This document shows, piece by piece, positions 16,872 to 25,800 of a stretch of 64,000 nt of DNA (position 1 is the stretch's first letter; every line of letters starts with the position of its first letter). The notes beneath the pieces were generated by a model. That model made no database searches and was not told the DNA's origin. It saw only the letters and a list, made by a program, of their open reading frames with translations. A program made the position numbers and the translations under genes. The stretch comes from Candidatus Multivoradales bacterium. Its GTDB lineage: Bacteria; Acidobacteriota; Thermoanaerobaculia; Multivoradales; J023. The stretch lies in NCBI GenBank assembly GCA_965248925.1, contig CBDFLE010000006.1:1824001-1888000 (forward strand). Reading direction: 5' to 3'.

Positions 16872-17426
16872 CTAGACCGCCAGAATGTCCTTTTCTTTGA
16901 CTTCTAGAATCGAACCGGTGAGGCCGATGTAGTGATCATGGAGTTTCTGCGTCTCGTCATATCCCCGATGCTCCTCGTCCTGGCTTATCTCCTTGTCCTT
17001 CTCTTTGTGCTTCAGACCATCATTGCCTTCACGGCGGGCCTGGCGAATGCCGTTGCGAGTTGCTTCGGCCATGTCGTGCGCTCTCTTTACCAGTTCTTTG
17101 CGCCGCTCCTCGGTCAGCGGCGGAATCGGCAGGCGAATCACCTTGCCGTCATTGGCGGGATTGAGACCAATACCGGAGGAGTGGACAGCGCGTTCGATGT
17201 CACCGATCAACGATGGGTCCCACGGCTGGACCACGATCAGCGTAGCTTCGGCGACCGACAAGTTGGCAACCTGACTCAGCGGTGTCGGTGTGCCGAAATA
17301 GTCGACCCTCACGGAATCGAGGATCGCCAGCGAAGCGCGCCCTGCACGCAGCGTCTTGAGCTCTTCCCGAAAATGATCGACGGCATGCTTCATTTTGACT
17401 TCGATCTCGCGGTAGAACTCCTTCAT
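16872..17426 (-). CDS. frr: Ribosome recycling factor
   Basis: LRAGRAS...VDYFGTPTPL...IPPLTEERRKELVK. Confidence 0.98.
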   Translation of the reverse strand: MKEFYREIEVKMKHAVDHFREELKTLRAGRASLAILDSVRVDYFGTPTPLSQVANLSVAEATLIVVQPWDPSLIGDIERAVHSSGIGLNPANDGKVIRLPIPPLTEERRKELVKRAHDMAEATRNGIRQARREGNDGLKHKEKDKEISQDEEHRGYDETQKLHDHYIGLTGSILEVKEKDILAV

Positions 17427-17546
17427 TGGACCTCCTTGAACGGTCTGCGACTGACACCAGCAGAGTCAGCTTGATGCCTAAGAAATGCTCTTTGGACGCT
17501 CAAATCTTGCCGCGCTTCGCGGCAGCCTGTCAACCTGCAGCCGAGG

Positions 17547-18272
17547 TTAAGCTGAGAGCTGGGCACAGACCACTGAGCCGATCCGTTCGCCAGACGCTAC
17601 GCGACGGATGTTGCCTTTCTGCTGCAGGCCGAAAAGCACGATCGGCAGATCGTTTTCCCGGCACAGGCTGATCGCCGCCGCGTCCATAAAGCGCAGATTC
17701 CGCTCAAGTACCTGCTGGTAGGTAACCGCTGGCAACAGAACCGCGTCGGGATCGAGCCGTGGATCGGCGGTGTATATCCCGGCAACACTAGTCGCCTTGA
17801 GCAGCACGTCGGCGCCAATTTCGTTGGCGCGCAGGGCGGCCGCGCTATCGGTGGTGAAATACGGGCTGCCGGTGCCGGCGGCAAAAATCACCACCCGCTT
17901 CTTCTCCAAGTGACGCACCGCCCGACGACGAATGAACGGCTCCGCCACTTCGCGAATCTCGATAGCGGTCTGCACCCTTGTATCCACGTCGCGCTTCTCC
18001 AACGCATCCTGCAGCGCGATAGCGTTGATCACCGTCCCCAGCATCCCCATATGGTCGCCAGCGACGCGATCGATACCGGCCTGGCTGGCAGCCAGACCGC
18101 GAATGATGTTGCCACCACCGATGACGATCGCCAGCTCGACGCCAAGGGCGCAAACTTCCTTCAGCTCATCAGCGACCGAGCCCACGATGTCAGCGTCCAA
18201 GCCGAAGCTCTTCTGTCCCATCAAAGCTTCGCCGGATAGCTTCAGCAGAACACGGCGATACGCGACGGGCAT
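17547..18272 (-). CDS. pyrH: UMP kinase
   Basis: [32 protein letters not shown]; start may be 18272 or 18290. Confidence 0.97.
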   Translation of the reverse strand: MPVAYRRVLLKLSGEALMGQKSFGLDADIVGSVADELKEVCALGVELAIVIGGGNIIRGLAASQAGIDRVAGDHMGMLGTVINAIALQDALEKRDVDTRVQTAIEIREVAEPFIRRRAVRHLEKKRVVIFAAGTGSPYFTTDSAAALRANEIGADVLLKATSVAGIYTADPRLDPDAVLLPAVTYQQVLERNLRFMDAAAISLCRENDLPIVLFGLQQKGNIRRVASGERIGSVVCAQLSA

Positions 18273-18286
18273 TCGACGTCCCCCGC

Positions 18287-18940
18287 TCAAGCGCCCGCTT
18301 GTACAGCGGCTACCTCAGCGGCGAAGTCTTCCTGCTTCTTCTCAATGCCTTCGCCAAGCTTGAAACGAGCAAAGCGGCGGATCTGGATGTTCTCACCAAT
18401 CTTGGCCACCTTCTCGGTGATCATCTGGCCGATGGTCTTGTCCGGATCCTTGACGAAAGGCTGTTCCATCAAGACGTTCTGAGAGTAGTACTTCTCCAGT
18501 TTGCCCTCGACGATGCGGTCGACGATTTTCTCCGGCTTGCCACTGGCCAAGGCCTGCTCGCGAAAAATCTCCCGCTCGCTATCGAGATCGGCCTGAGTGA
18601 CCTCTTCCCGCCGCAGGAAGCGCGGATCGCTGGCGGCGATATGCATGCCTATGTCCCGCACCAGCGCCTGGAAATCATCGGTGCGACCCACGAAGTCGGT
18701 CTCGCAGTTGATCTCGACGAGCACACCGATCTTGCCACCGGCGTGAATGTAAGAACCCACCACGCCCTCGGCAGCCACTCGGCCAGCCCTCTTCGCGGCC
18801 TGAGAAAGACCCTTCTTGCGCAGCAACTCAACCGCCTTGTCGATCGAGCCTTCAGCTTCTTGCAAGGCAGTCTTACACTGCATCATCGGGGCGCCAGTCG
18901 CTTGCCGCAGCTCCTTGACCATCTGAGCGGTAACCTGCAT
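18287..18940 (-). CDS. tsf: Elongation factor Ts (short form)
   Basis: [16 protein letters not shown]...EINCETDFV...[13 protein letters not shown]. Confidence 0.98.
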   Translation of the reverse strand: MQVTAQMVKELRQATGAPMMQCKTALQEAEGSIDKAVELLRKKGLSQAAKRAGRVAAEGVVGSYIHAGGKIGVLVEINCETDFVGRTDDFQALVRDIGMHIAASDPRFLRREEVTQADLDSEREIFREQALASGKPEKIVDRIVEGKLEKYYSQNVLMEQPFVKDPDKTIGQMITEKVAKIGENIQIRRFARFKLGEGIEKKQEDFAAEVAAVQAGA

Positions 18941-19103
18941 TTCTACTACTCCTCAGTAGCCCAGCCAAAGGGCCACGCAATCTCTTTGGGGTGACGCCTG
19001 GCATTTGCCAGACACAGCAAAAGGCCAGTGCTCTAAGAACTGACCTTTGCTTTCTGAGCGACCCACGGGCCGCACTAACGAAATTCCGGCCCGTGGCCCC
19101 TTC

Positions 19104-20048
19104 TCAGTTAGCGACTTCCGTACTCTCGTCGGCGGTCGCCTCGGGAGCGGCAGCGGCTTCGGCGGCAGCCGGTTTCGACGACTCCGCCTCTGGCACAGCC
19201 GCCTCGACCCCAGGGGCCACAGCTTCAACCGGCGCAGCTTCAACCGGCGCAGCTTCAACCGGCGCAGCTTCAACCGGCGCAGCTTCAACCGGCGCAGCTT
19301 CAACCGGCGCGGCTTCAGCGACCGCAGCCGGAGCCGCGTCCTTAGCCTCGATCATGCGCTCTTGCTGCAGCCTGCCAGCGCCCGCGAGATAGGCATCAGA
19401 AATCCGCGCCGCGAACAGTCGGATCGTGCGGATAGCGTCGTCATTGCCTGGGATGACGTAGTCGACCTTCTCCGGATCACAGTTAGTATCGACAATGGCG
19501 ATGACCGGGATACCAAGCTTGTTGGCCTCGGCGATAGCTATCGACTCCTTCTTCGGATCGACGATAAACAACGCATCGGGCAACTGATTGAGATCGCGCA
19601 CACCCGAGAGGTTACGATCGATCTTGGATCGCTCACGATCCATCCGCAGCAAGTCTTTCTTGGTCAGCTGCGACTCATCGTCGGCGAGCTTCTTCTCTAG
19701 CTCCTTGAGCCGCTCGACCGACTTGCGGATCGTAACGAAGTTGGTCAATGTGCCACCGAGCCAACGGTGGGTCACATAGTGCTGACCACAACGCGCAGCC
19801 TCTTGCGCCATCGGCTCCTGCGCTTGCCGCTTGGTGCCGACAAAGAGCAGCCGCCCACCCGAGGCGCCAAGACGCGCAACGTATTCCGCCGCTTCGCGGA
19901 AGTGCCGCAGGGTCTTCTGCAGATCGATGATGTAGATGCCATTGCGCTTACCAAAAATGTAGCGCCGCATCTTGGGGTTCCAACGACGGGTCTGGTGCCC
20001 AAAGTGGACACCAGCCTCGAGCAGGTCTCTCATGCTGACTTGAACCAA
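19104..20048 (-). CDS. rpsB: 30S ribosomal protein S2 with Ala/Pro/Glu repeat tail
   Basis: LLEAGVHFGHQTRRWNPKM...DTNCDP...PGNDDAIR. Confidence 0.98.
   Translation of the reverse strand: MVQVSMRDLLEAGVHFGHQTRRWNPKMRRYIFGKRNGIYIIDLQKTLRHFREAAEYVARLGASGGRLLFVGTKRQAQEPMAQEAARCGQHYVTHRWLGGTLTNFVTIRKSVERLKELEKKLADDESQLTKKDLLRMDRERSKIDRNLSGVRDLNQLPDALFIVDPKKESIAIAEANKLGIPVIAIVDTNCDPEKVDYVIPGNDDAIRTIRLFAARISDAYLAGAGRLQQERMIEAKDAAPAAVAEAAPVEAAPVEAAPVEAAPVEAAPVEAAPVEAVAPGVEAAVPEAESSKPAAAEAAAAPEATADESTEVAN
19221..19310. repeat. Perfect 15-bp tandem repeat x6 in the rpsB tail
   Basis: (AGCTTCAACCGGCGC)6, encoding (APVEA)6 on the minus strand. Confidence 0.97.
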
Positions 20049-20060
20049 GGCAAGTCCTCC

Positions 20061-20453
20061 TTAGCGCTTGCTGAACTGGTAGCGAGCGCGGGCACCCTTG
20101 AGCCCGTATTTCTTACGTTCTTTCATTCGCGGATCACGGGTCACCAAGCCTTCGGTCTTGAGCCGCGGTCGCAGTTCGGAGTCGTACTCCATCAAGGCTC
20201 GGGTGATGCCGTGTCTAATCGCGCCAGCTTGGCCAGCGCTGCCACCACCGCGCACCGTGACCACAATGTCGAAAGTCTCGACGGTCTCGGTCAGCTGCAG
20301 CGGCTGCTTGACGACCATCTTCAACACCTCATTAGCAAAATAGGTGTCGATCGGCCGTTTGTTAATCGTGATATCGCCAGAACCCGGCTTCATGTAGACC
20401 CGCGCGGTCGCGTGCTTACGCCTGCCGGTTCCGTAGTGTATGAGTTCGCTCAA
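20061..20453 (-). CDS. rpsI: 30S ribosomal protein S9
   Basis: TTG start; YGTGRRK...[14 protein letters not shown]...[12 protein letters not shown]...QFSKR. Confidence 0.98.
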   Translation of the reverse strand: MSELIHYGTGRRKHATARVYMKPGSGDITINKRPIDTYFANEVLKMVVKQPLQLTETVETFDIVVTVRGGGSAGQAGAIRHGITRALMEYDSELRPRLKTEGLVTRDPRMKERKKYGLKGARARYQFSKR

Positions 20454-20469
20454 GAATCTCTCCCCTGCT

Positions 20470-20913
20470 CTAGAGCTTGGCGTCTGCCAACTCGAGGATA
20501 GTGGGCTGCTGAGAGGTATGGGGGTGCTCACCACCGGCATAGACCTTCAGCTTGGTGTAGAGGCGACGGCCAAGGCGATTCTTCGGCAACATACCCCGCA
20601 CTGCATGCTCGACCAGCCGGGTCGGGTGCGTTTGTCGCATCTTGCGCGCGGTGACCGTCTTCAGGCTGCCCGGGCGGCCTGAATGGCGATGGTAGACCTT
20701 TTGATCTTCCTTCTTCCCGGTCAGCACCACCTGCTCGGCATTGACCACGATGACGAAATCACCGGTGTCGAGGTGCGGCGCGAAGGTTGGCTTGTGTTTT
20801 CCCCGGAGGATACGCGCCACATTGGTCGACAGGCGACCCAGGTGCATCCCGGCGGCATCGACGACGAACCACTGGCGGTCGATTTCAGAGGCTTTCGGAC
20901 TGTACGTCTTCAT
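20470..20913 (-). CDS. rplM: 50S ribosomal protein L13
   Basis: WFVVDA...LGRL...[15 protein letters not shown]...[11 protein letters not shown]. Confidence 0.99.
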   Translation of the reverse strand: MKTYSPKASEIDRQWFVVDAAGMHLGRLSTNVARILRGKHKPTFAPHLDTGDFVIVVNAEQVVLTGKKEDQKVYHRHSGRPGSLKTVTARKMRQTHPTRLVEHAVRGMLPKNRLGRRLYTKLKVYAGGEHPHTSQQPTILELADAKL

Positions 20914-21067
20914 AACGAGCGACTTCCGTAGGAGTCTCGGCAGATCTCGGTAGATCTCGCGACTATGCTATTCAGATCTCGGCTGTTTAGATCTCGAAAT
21001 GACGGGATCTGCCAACAACAGGAGTCGGCACAGTAGGGCCGTCCCCTCGCGTTGCGAAGGGCCGCTG

Positions 21068-21096
21068 AGCATATGCAGTGACTTGCACGCTGTCAA
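21068..21096 (-). promoter_or_regulatory. Putative sigma70 promoter of the rplM operon
   Basis: Minus strand TTGACA-17 nt-TATGCT. Confidence 0.7.
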
Positions 21097-21212
21097 GCAC
21101 TCTTCGCGACCGATTCGCGACGCGGCGAGGGCCGGCCAACGATACACTTGCCGGCACCGGCCCAGGGCCTGTCGGGAGCGGCAATCTACCCTGTTTTGAT
21201 GAGGAATCCACC

Positions 21213-22190
21213 ATGAAATCAGCCTGTGAGAAGCCGATGAACACTAAGCCCGCGGGAGAGCTGCGTACCAGCACCGTGTTAGATGGCAAGGAGGTTGCCG
21301 CCGAATTGCGGCACGAGGTCGCCATCGAGATCAAACAGCTAATCGCCGCTGGCCAGCGGCAGCCGCGGCTAGTCGCCGTGCTGGTGGGCGACGACCCGGC
21401 TTCGCAGACCTACGTTGCCAGCAAAGCAAGGGCTTGTAAGGAAGTTGGCATCGCCGGCCAAACTCTACGTCTAGCGGCTTCGATCAGCGCCGCTGAGCTG
21501 CTCGCCACCATCGATCAGCTAAACGTCGACGGATCCGTCGACGGCATCCTGGTGCAGCTACCACTGCCCCGGCAGATCGACGAAAGGACGGTTCTCGAGC
21601 GGGTCTCGCCAGAGAAGGATGTCGATGGTTTCCACCCGGTCAACATCGGCCGCCTGTGGCTCGGTCAGAGCGGGCTGACCCCAGCCACCCCGACCGGCAT
21701 TATCGAGCTGCTCCGCCGTTGCGACATCGAGATCTCCGGCCGCCATGCGGTGGTGGTTGGACGCAGCGCCATTGTCGGCAAGCCGATGGCCGGATTGCTG
21801 CTGCGCCACCATGCCACGGTGACCGTCTGCCACTCCCGCACCCGCGACCTGGAAGAGGTGTGCCGCAGCGCCGACATCCTGATCGCGGCGGTCGGCAGGC
21901 CGGCAATGATCGGGCCGCAGCACGTTCGCCAAGGCGCGGTGGTGATCGACGTCGGGATCAACCGAGTCGAGGACCTTCAGCGAGTGCGGGAACTCTATCC
22001 GGGAAACGAGCAGCGACTCGCCGGCTTCGAGCGCCGCGGCTACACGTTGGTGGGCGACGTCGATTTCCACCGTGTCGCGCCACGGACTCGCGCCATCACC
22101 CCGGTACCCGGCGGCGTCGGCCCGCTGACCGTGGCGCAGGTCATCGTCAACACTTTCCGCGCTTACCAGCGGCGCCAGGAACAATTTTGA
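21213..22190 (+). CDS. folD: Bifunctional methylene-THF dehydrogenase/cyclohydrolase
   Basis: VGDDPASQTYV, GILVQLPLP, KDVDGFHP, GRSAIVGKP, ITPVPGGVGPLT. Confidence 0.97.
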   Translation: MKSACEKPMNTKPAGELRTSTVLDGKEVAAELRHEVAIEIKQLIAAGQRQPRLVAVLVGDDPASQTYVASKARACKEVGIAGQTLRLAASISAAELLATIDQLNVDGSVDGILVQLPLPRQIDERTVLERVSPEKDVDGFHPVNIGRLWLGQSGLTPATPTGIIELLRRCDIEISGRHAVVVGRSAIVGKPMAGLLLRHHATVTVCHSRTRDLEEVCRSADILIAAVGRPAMIGPQHVRQGAVVIDVGINRVEDLQRVRELYPGNEQRLAGFERRGYTLVGDVDFHRVAPRTRAITPVPGGVGPLTVAQVIVNTFRAYQRRQEQF

Positions 22191-22804
22191 AACGGCTACT
22201 AGTCGGCCTGACCGGCGGCATGGCGAGCGGCAAATCAACCGTCGCCCAGTTACTCCGCGAGCACGGTTGCCAGGTCTTCGATGCCGACCGGCTAGTGGCC
22301 GAGCTCTACGCCCCCGACGAAGCCGGCGCCGCTGCGGTGGCCAAGCTATTCGGCTCTGACTTCTTGGATGCCGCGGGAGCGGTCGACAAACCTCGTCTCG
22401 CCAAGCTGATCTTTGCCGACAGCGAGGCCCGGCAGCAGCTCGAGGCGGCGGTCCACCCCTTGGTACGCCAACGCTTCGCCAAGATCGCCGCCGAAGCCAC
22501 TGGGGTAGTAGTCTACGAAGCCACCCTGCTGGTCGAGTCCGGCGCCGCCGCCAACTTCGACCTGGTGCTCTCCGTCGAAGCCGAAGCAGCCACCCGCCTA
22601 CGCCGCGCCATCGCCCGCGGCCTCGACCCAGCCGCCGCCCGCGCCCGCCTCAGCGCACAGGGCGACGGTAGCGAGCGCCGCGCGGGCGCGGACCTACTGC
22701 TGCAAAACAACGGGGGCATGGAAGAGTTGCGCGAGAAAGTCGCGGCGCTGGCCGCCGAGTGGTGGGGAAAAATCGATCCGCAAAACCGGGTGCCAGCCGA
22801 ATAG
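22187..22804 (+). CDS. coaE: Dephospho-CoA kinase
   Basis: TTG start overlapping folD stop; VGLTGGMASGKSTV P-loop, DAD, LEAAVHPLVR. Confidence 0.93.
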   Translation: MKRLLVGLTGGMASGKSTVAQLLREHGCQVFDADRLVAELYAPDEAGAAAVAKLFGSDFLDAAGAVDKPRLAKLIFADSEARQQLEAAVHPLVRQRFAKIAAEATGVVVYEATLLVESGAAANFDLVLSVEAEAATRLRRAIARGLDPAAARARLSAQGDGSERRAGADLLLQNNGGMEELREKVAALAAEWWGKIDPQNRVPAE

Positions 22805-22825
22805 TCCACCAGCCATCGAAGAGCC

Positions 22826-22903
22826 GTAGGGGCGCAAGGCTTGCGCCCGCGGTTCATTTTCAACGCGGTGAATCGTAGAGGGCGCACAGCCGTGCGCCCC
22901 TAC
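22826..22903. repeat. Inverted pair of GTAG-type REP-like palindromes (REPIN/BIME-like)
   Basis: GTAGGGGCGCAAGGCTTGCGCCC (22826-22848) and inverted GGGCGCACAGCCGTGCGCCCCTAC (22880-22903) between convergent genes. Confidence 0.75.
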
Positions 22904-22961
22904 ATCAAGGCGGGGCGCCAGCCGAACAACCCGCTCCCAAATAACCGGCGCGTCCCGCGCC

Positions 22962-25253
22962 TCAACCCTCCGGAGGGCGCTCCGCACCCACGGGCTCCGC
23001 CCGTCTGGATGCCGGCTCCGCCGGCCCTGGCGCAGGACCTAGAGCAAGGCGGAAGCCCAAGTAGTCGAAGCGGCCCGACGGGTGCCTGCAGTAGCGGCAA
23101 GCCGCACGCACGTCGCGTGCGCCGCTGCTCCACGCACCCCCGCGGATGACCCGGAAGGCGCCTTCGGAAGGTGATGAATAGTCGGGTCGCCAACGATCGT
23201 GGCACCACTCCCACACGTTGCCCAACATGTCATGCAAGCCCCAGGCGTTGGGTCGTTTCTGAGCAACAGGATGAGTCTCGCGAGAACTATTGTGCCGGTA
23301 CCAGGCGATCACATCGAGTTCTGGCGACTTACCCTGGGCATCAGCCGTGAAGGTTCCTTCATAGGTCGCCGTCGTGGTACCCGCTCGGCAAGCGTATTCC
23401 CACTCTGCCTCGGCAGGTAGACGAACGTCCAACTCTGGCGCGGCCTCGTTCACGGCCGCCAAGAAACTCTGGCAATCGTTCCAGCTCACGCGTTCGACTG
23501 GCCGATTCTTGCCCTTGAATTGACTCGGATTTGCCCCGCTCACAGCCTGCCAAAACGCTTGGGTTGTCGGTGTTTCAGCCAACCAGAAACCTCTCTTCAG
23601 AGTAACTTCGTGCTGGGGACCATCCTGGGCAAAGTGCCCCGGCTCTTCTTCCGGCGACCCCATCAGAAAAGTCCCCGGCTCGATCCAGCGAAATCGAACC
23701 TTCACCTGAGCGAAGCTGACCGTCTCCCAGCGGCCGTAGATATCTTGCCCAGAATCAACCACTCGAACCTTGAGTGAGCCAAGCCGCACAGCAAAGGAGA
23801 CCCGAGGCTGGAGACTCGGGGCCGGCTTCGTCGGCACTGTCTCCAGGGCCGGTTGCTCTTGGGCATGGCGCAAAGCAGCGCAGAACTCCTCGACTGTCGA
23901 ATAGCGTTGACCAGGATCAAATAGGGTGCCGCGCTTGAGAACCTGCTTGAGAGCCTCCGAGCAAGTGAGGGGGGCTATCACCGTGGCGGTAGCGTTGATT
24001 GCCGAGTGCGGCACCTGCTGGCCGCGAAGGGCGAAAATCGCCGTCATCGCCAGCGAGTACACATCTGCCGAAGCCTCGACGCGCTTGGCATCGATCAACG
24101 ATTCGGGAGCCGCATAGACGAAGGTGCCCATGGCTGCCTCAGTGCGAGTGTTGCCGGTGCTATCTCCACTCACTTTCACCAGGTCGAAATCGGTGAGTTT
24201 TCCCCTGCCATCGCCGTCGAACACAATGTTGGCAGGCTTGACATCGCGATGGACAATACCCCGAGCGTGAGCGTGCGTCAGCGCGTTGCCAACACTCAGG
24301 ATCACTTTCAAAGCCGCGGCCTCGGACCAGCGACCCCGTAGCCGGGCGTGTAGAAAATCGCCGCCTTCGAAATACTCCATCACGAAGTAATGAAAGCCCT
24401 CATCCTGGGCCTCGGACACGAGCACTCGCACGATCCCCGGATGCTCGCCCAAACGCACCATCTCCCGAGCGCCGCAGAAGAATCGGCGGCGGCGGCTCTC
24501 GTCGCGGGCGAACTGACCATGGAGCACCTTCACCGCGACCACTTGGCGCGTCTTGCGATGGCGGGCCCGCCAGACGGTGGCAAATCCACCCTGCCCGACC
24601 GGCACCTTCAACCGGTAGACACCGCCGAGGAGATCTCCAGGGCGCAGCTGAGCGCCCTCGCGCAAACGTCGCTTCAGCCGCCGGATGGTGCGCTCGACCG
24701 CTCCTGCTGGGCCGCCGGATTCGAGCAGAGCTTCGAGTTCTTCTTCAGCCTTCTCCAGCTGCCGCGAAAGCTTGAGGTGCTCCGGGGTCGGCGGCTCCAT
24801 CCCGGTCGAACCAATGAACTTCGGTAAGAGATCCGGATGTCGATCGCGCAGCAGCGCCACAAGGTTCCCCAGAGCCCAGGTCGAACCGATCTCAAGCGCC
24901 CCCTCGGCGCGGCGGCGTAGCTGGCACTCAGTCTCAGTGGAGATGTTGCAGGTGGCCGCCAAGCGGTAGACCTGCGCTGGCGAATCGCCAGGGTCTTGGA
25001 AGACTTCCTCAAGTGCTGCGAGAGCGGGTGTGGGGCCGAACTGCCGCACCCGCTTGCACTGAACCACCCACCGACGGCCATCAGGACCCACGCTGGCGAG
25101 ATCGACCCCGTGGTCAGCACCCGCGGCACCGGGGTTCGACACCGCGGTGTGACCTTCGGCTTCGAGCAAGGCGAAACACAGTTCCTCGAAGCGCTCGGGC
25201 GCGAGGCCCTCTCGCAAACGGTACTTGATCCAATCGTCGTTCGGTCCCGGCAT
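22962..25253 (-). CDS. Mrr-type restriction endonuclease + Ser/Thr kinase + FGE-sulfatase (SUMF1/CLec-fold) fusion protein; putative DGR target
   Basis: N-term RFEELC..DHGVD..VVQCK (Mrr-like PD-(D/E)xK); kinase GQGGFATV/VAVK/HRDVKPAN/DFD/YAAPE; C-term PVERVSW, RLPAEAEWEYACRAG, PNAWGLHDMLGNVWEW, RGGAW..LGFRL; start MPGP at 25253 after GGAAGG. Confidence 0.9.
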   Translation of the reverse strand: MPGPNDDWIKYRLREGLAPERFEELCFALLEAEGHTAVSNPGAAGADHGVDLASVGPDGRRWVVQCKRVRQFGPTPALAALEEVFQDPGDSPAQVYRLAATCNISTETECQLRRRAEGALEIGSTWALGNLVALLRDRHPDLLPKFIGSTGMEPPTPEHLKLSRQLEKAEEELEALLESGGPAGAVERTIRRLKRRLREGAQLRPGDLLGGVYRLKVPVGQGGFATVWRARHRKTRQVVAVKVLHGQFARDESRRRRFFCGAREMVRLGEHPGIVRVLVSEAQDEGFHYFVMEYFEGGDFLHARLRGRWSEAAALKVILSVGNALTHAHARGIVHRDVKPANIVFDGDGRGKLTDFDLVKVSGDSTGNTRTEAAMGTFVYAAPESLIDAKRVEASADVYSLAMTAIFALRGQQVPHSAINATATVIAPLTCSEALKQVLKRGTLFDPGQRYSTVEEFCAALRHAQEQPALETVPTKPAPSLQPRVSFAVRLGSLKVRVVDSGQDIYGRWETVSFAQVKVRFRWIEPGTFLMGSPEEEPGHFAQDGPQHEVTLKRGFWLAETPTTQAFWQAVSGANPSQFKGKNRPVERVSWNDCQSFLAAVNEAAPELDVRLPAEAEWEYACRAGTTTATYEGTFTADAQGKSPELDVIAWYRHNSSRETHPVAQKRPNAWGLHDMLGNVWEWCHDRWRPDYSSPSEGAFRVIRGGAWSSGARDVRAACRYCRHPSGRFDYLGFRLALGPAPGPAEPASRRAEPVGAERPPEG
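22975..23025 (-). other. Three tandem GC-GGA-GC triloop hairpins (DGR cis-element-like)
   Basis: GCCGGC-GGA-GCCGGC, ACGGGC-GGA-GCCCGT, GGGTGC-GGA-GCGCCC about 20 nt after the GFRL codons. Confidence 0.75.
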
Positions 25254-25548
25254 CCTTCCCAACCTTGGAGCGAAGGATAACAGCCGGCGATAGAACGCCA
25301 AGTAACGTGCCAGCCGAAGAGTGCGGCGGATTCGATGCCCCCGGAATCTAGGTGCTACCGAACTAGGTGCCAACCGCGCACGCCCTCACATCAGGAACCA
25401 CCATCCGCGGTCACGGTTCCCCAGAGCAGATGGACCACAAGCTGCGGCTGGCTGGTTCCTGGCTCTTCTTTCTTCCGCGGGCTATGCTGATGGCACACCG
25501 GCCAATTAGTCGTCGTTCTGGACGGCGACCGGGCCAAGGAGATGCCCC

Positions 25549-25800
25549 ATGACTGTTGTGCAAGTGAAATTCGACACCGACGTGTTTTCGACCCTGCGCA
25601 AGTCTCCGCAGGAGGTTTCTGACGACATGCGTCGCGCAGCTGCAATCGTGTGGTACGCCCAGGGCACTATTTCCCAAGGAAAGGGGGCAGAACTTGCTGG
25701 GCTGAGCCGAGCGGAGTTCATTGATGCGCTCTCGGCTAGTGGCGTGTCGCCGGTTCAAGAGACCCTCGAAGAGATCCGGGAAACGCTCGCGCGTGAGTAA
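25549..25800 (+). CDS. UPF0175-family putative antitoxin
   Basis: 83 aa; AIVWYAQGTISQGKGAELAGLSRAEFIDAL helix-turn-helix signature; overlaps next gene. Confidence 0.85.
   Translation: MTVVQVKFDTDVFSTLRKSPQEVSDDMRRAAAIVWYAQGTISQGKGAELAGLSRAEFIDALSASGVSPVQETLEEIRETLARE

Noticed and set aside
19221-19310. Possible CRISPR array
   Set aside because: Contiguous 15-bp units without spacers, in frame within rpsB, and no cas genes
21656-22186. N-terminal extension of CoaE (382-aa ORF)
   Set aside because: Out-of-frame overlap with folD; the real start is the TTG at 22187
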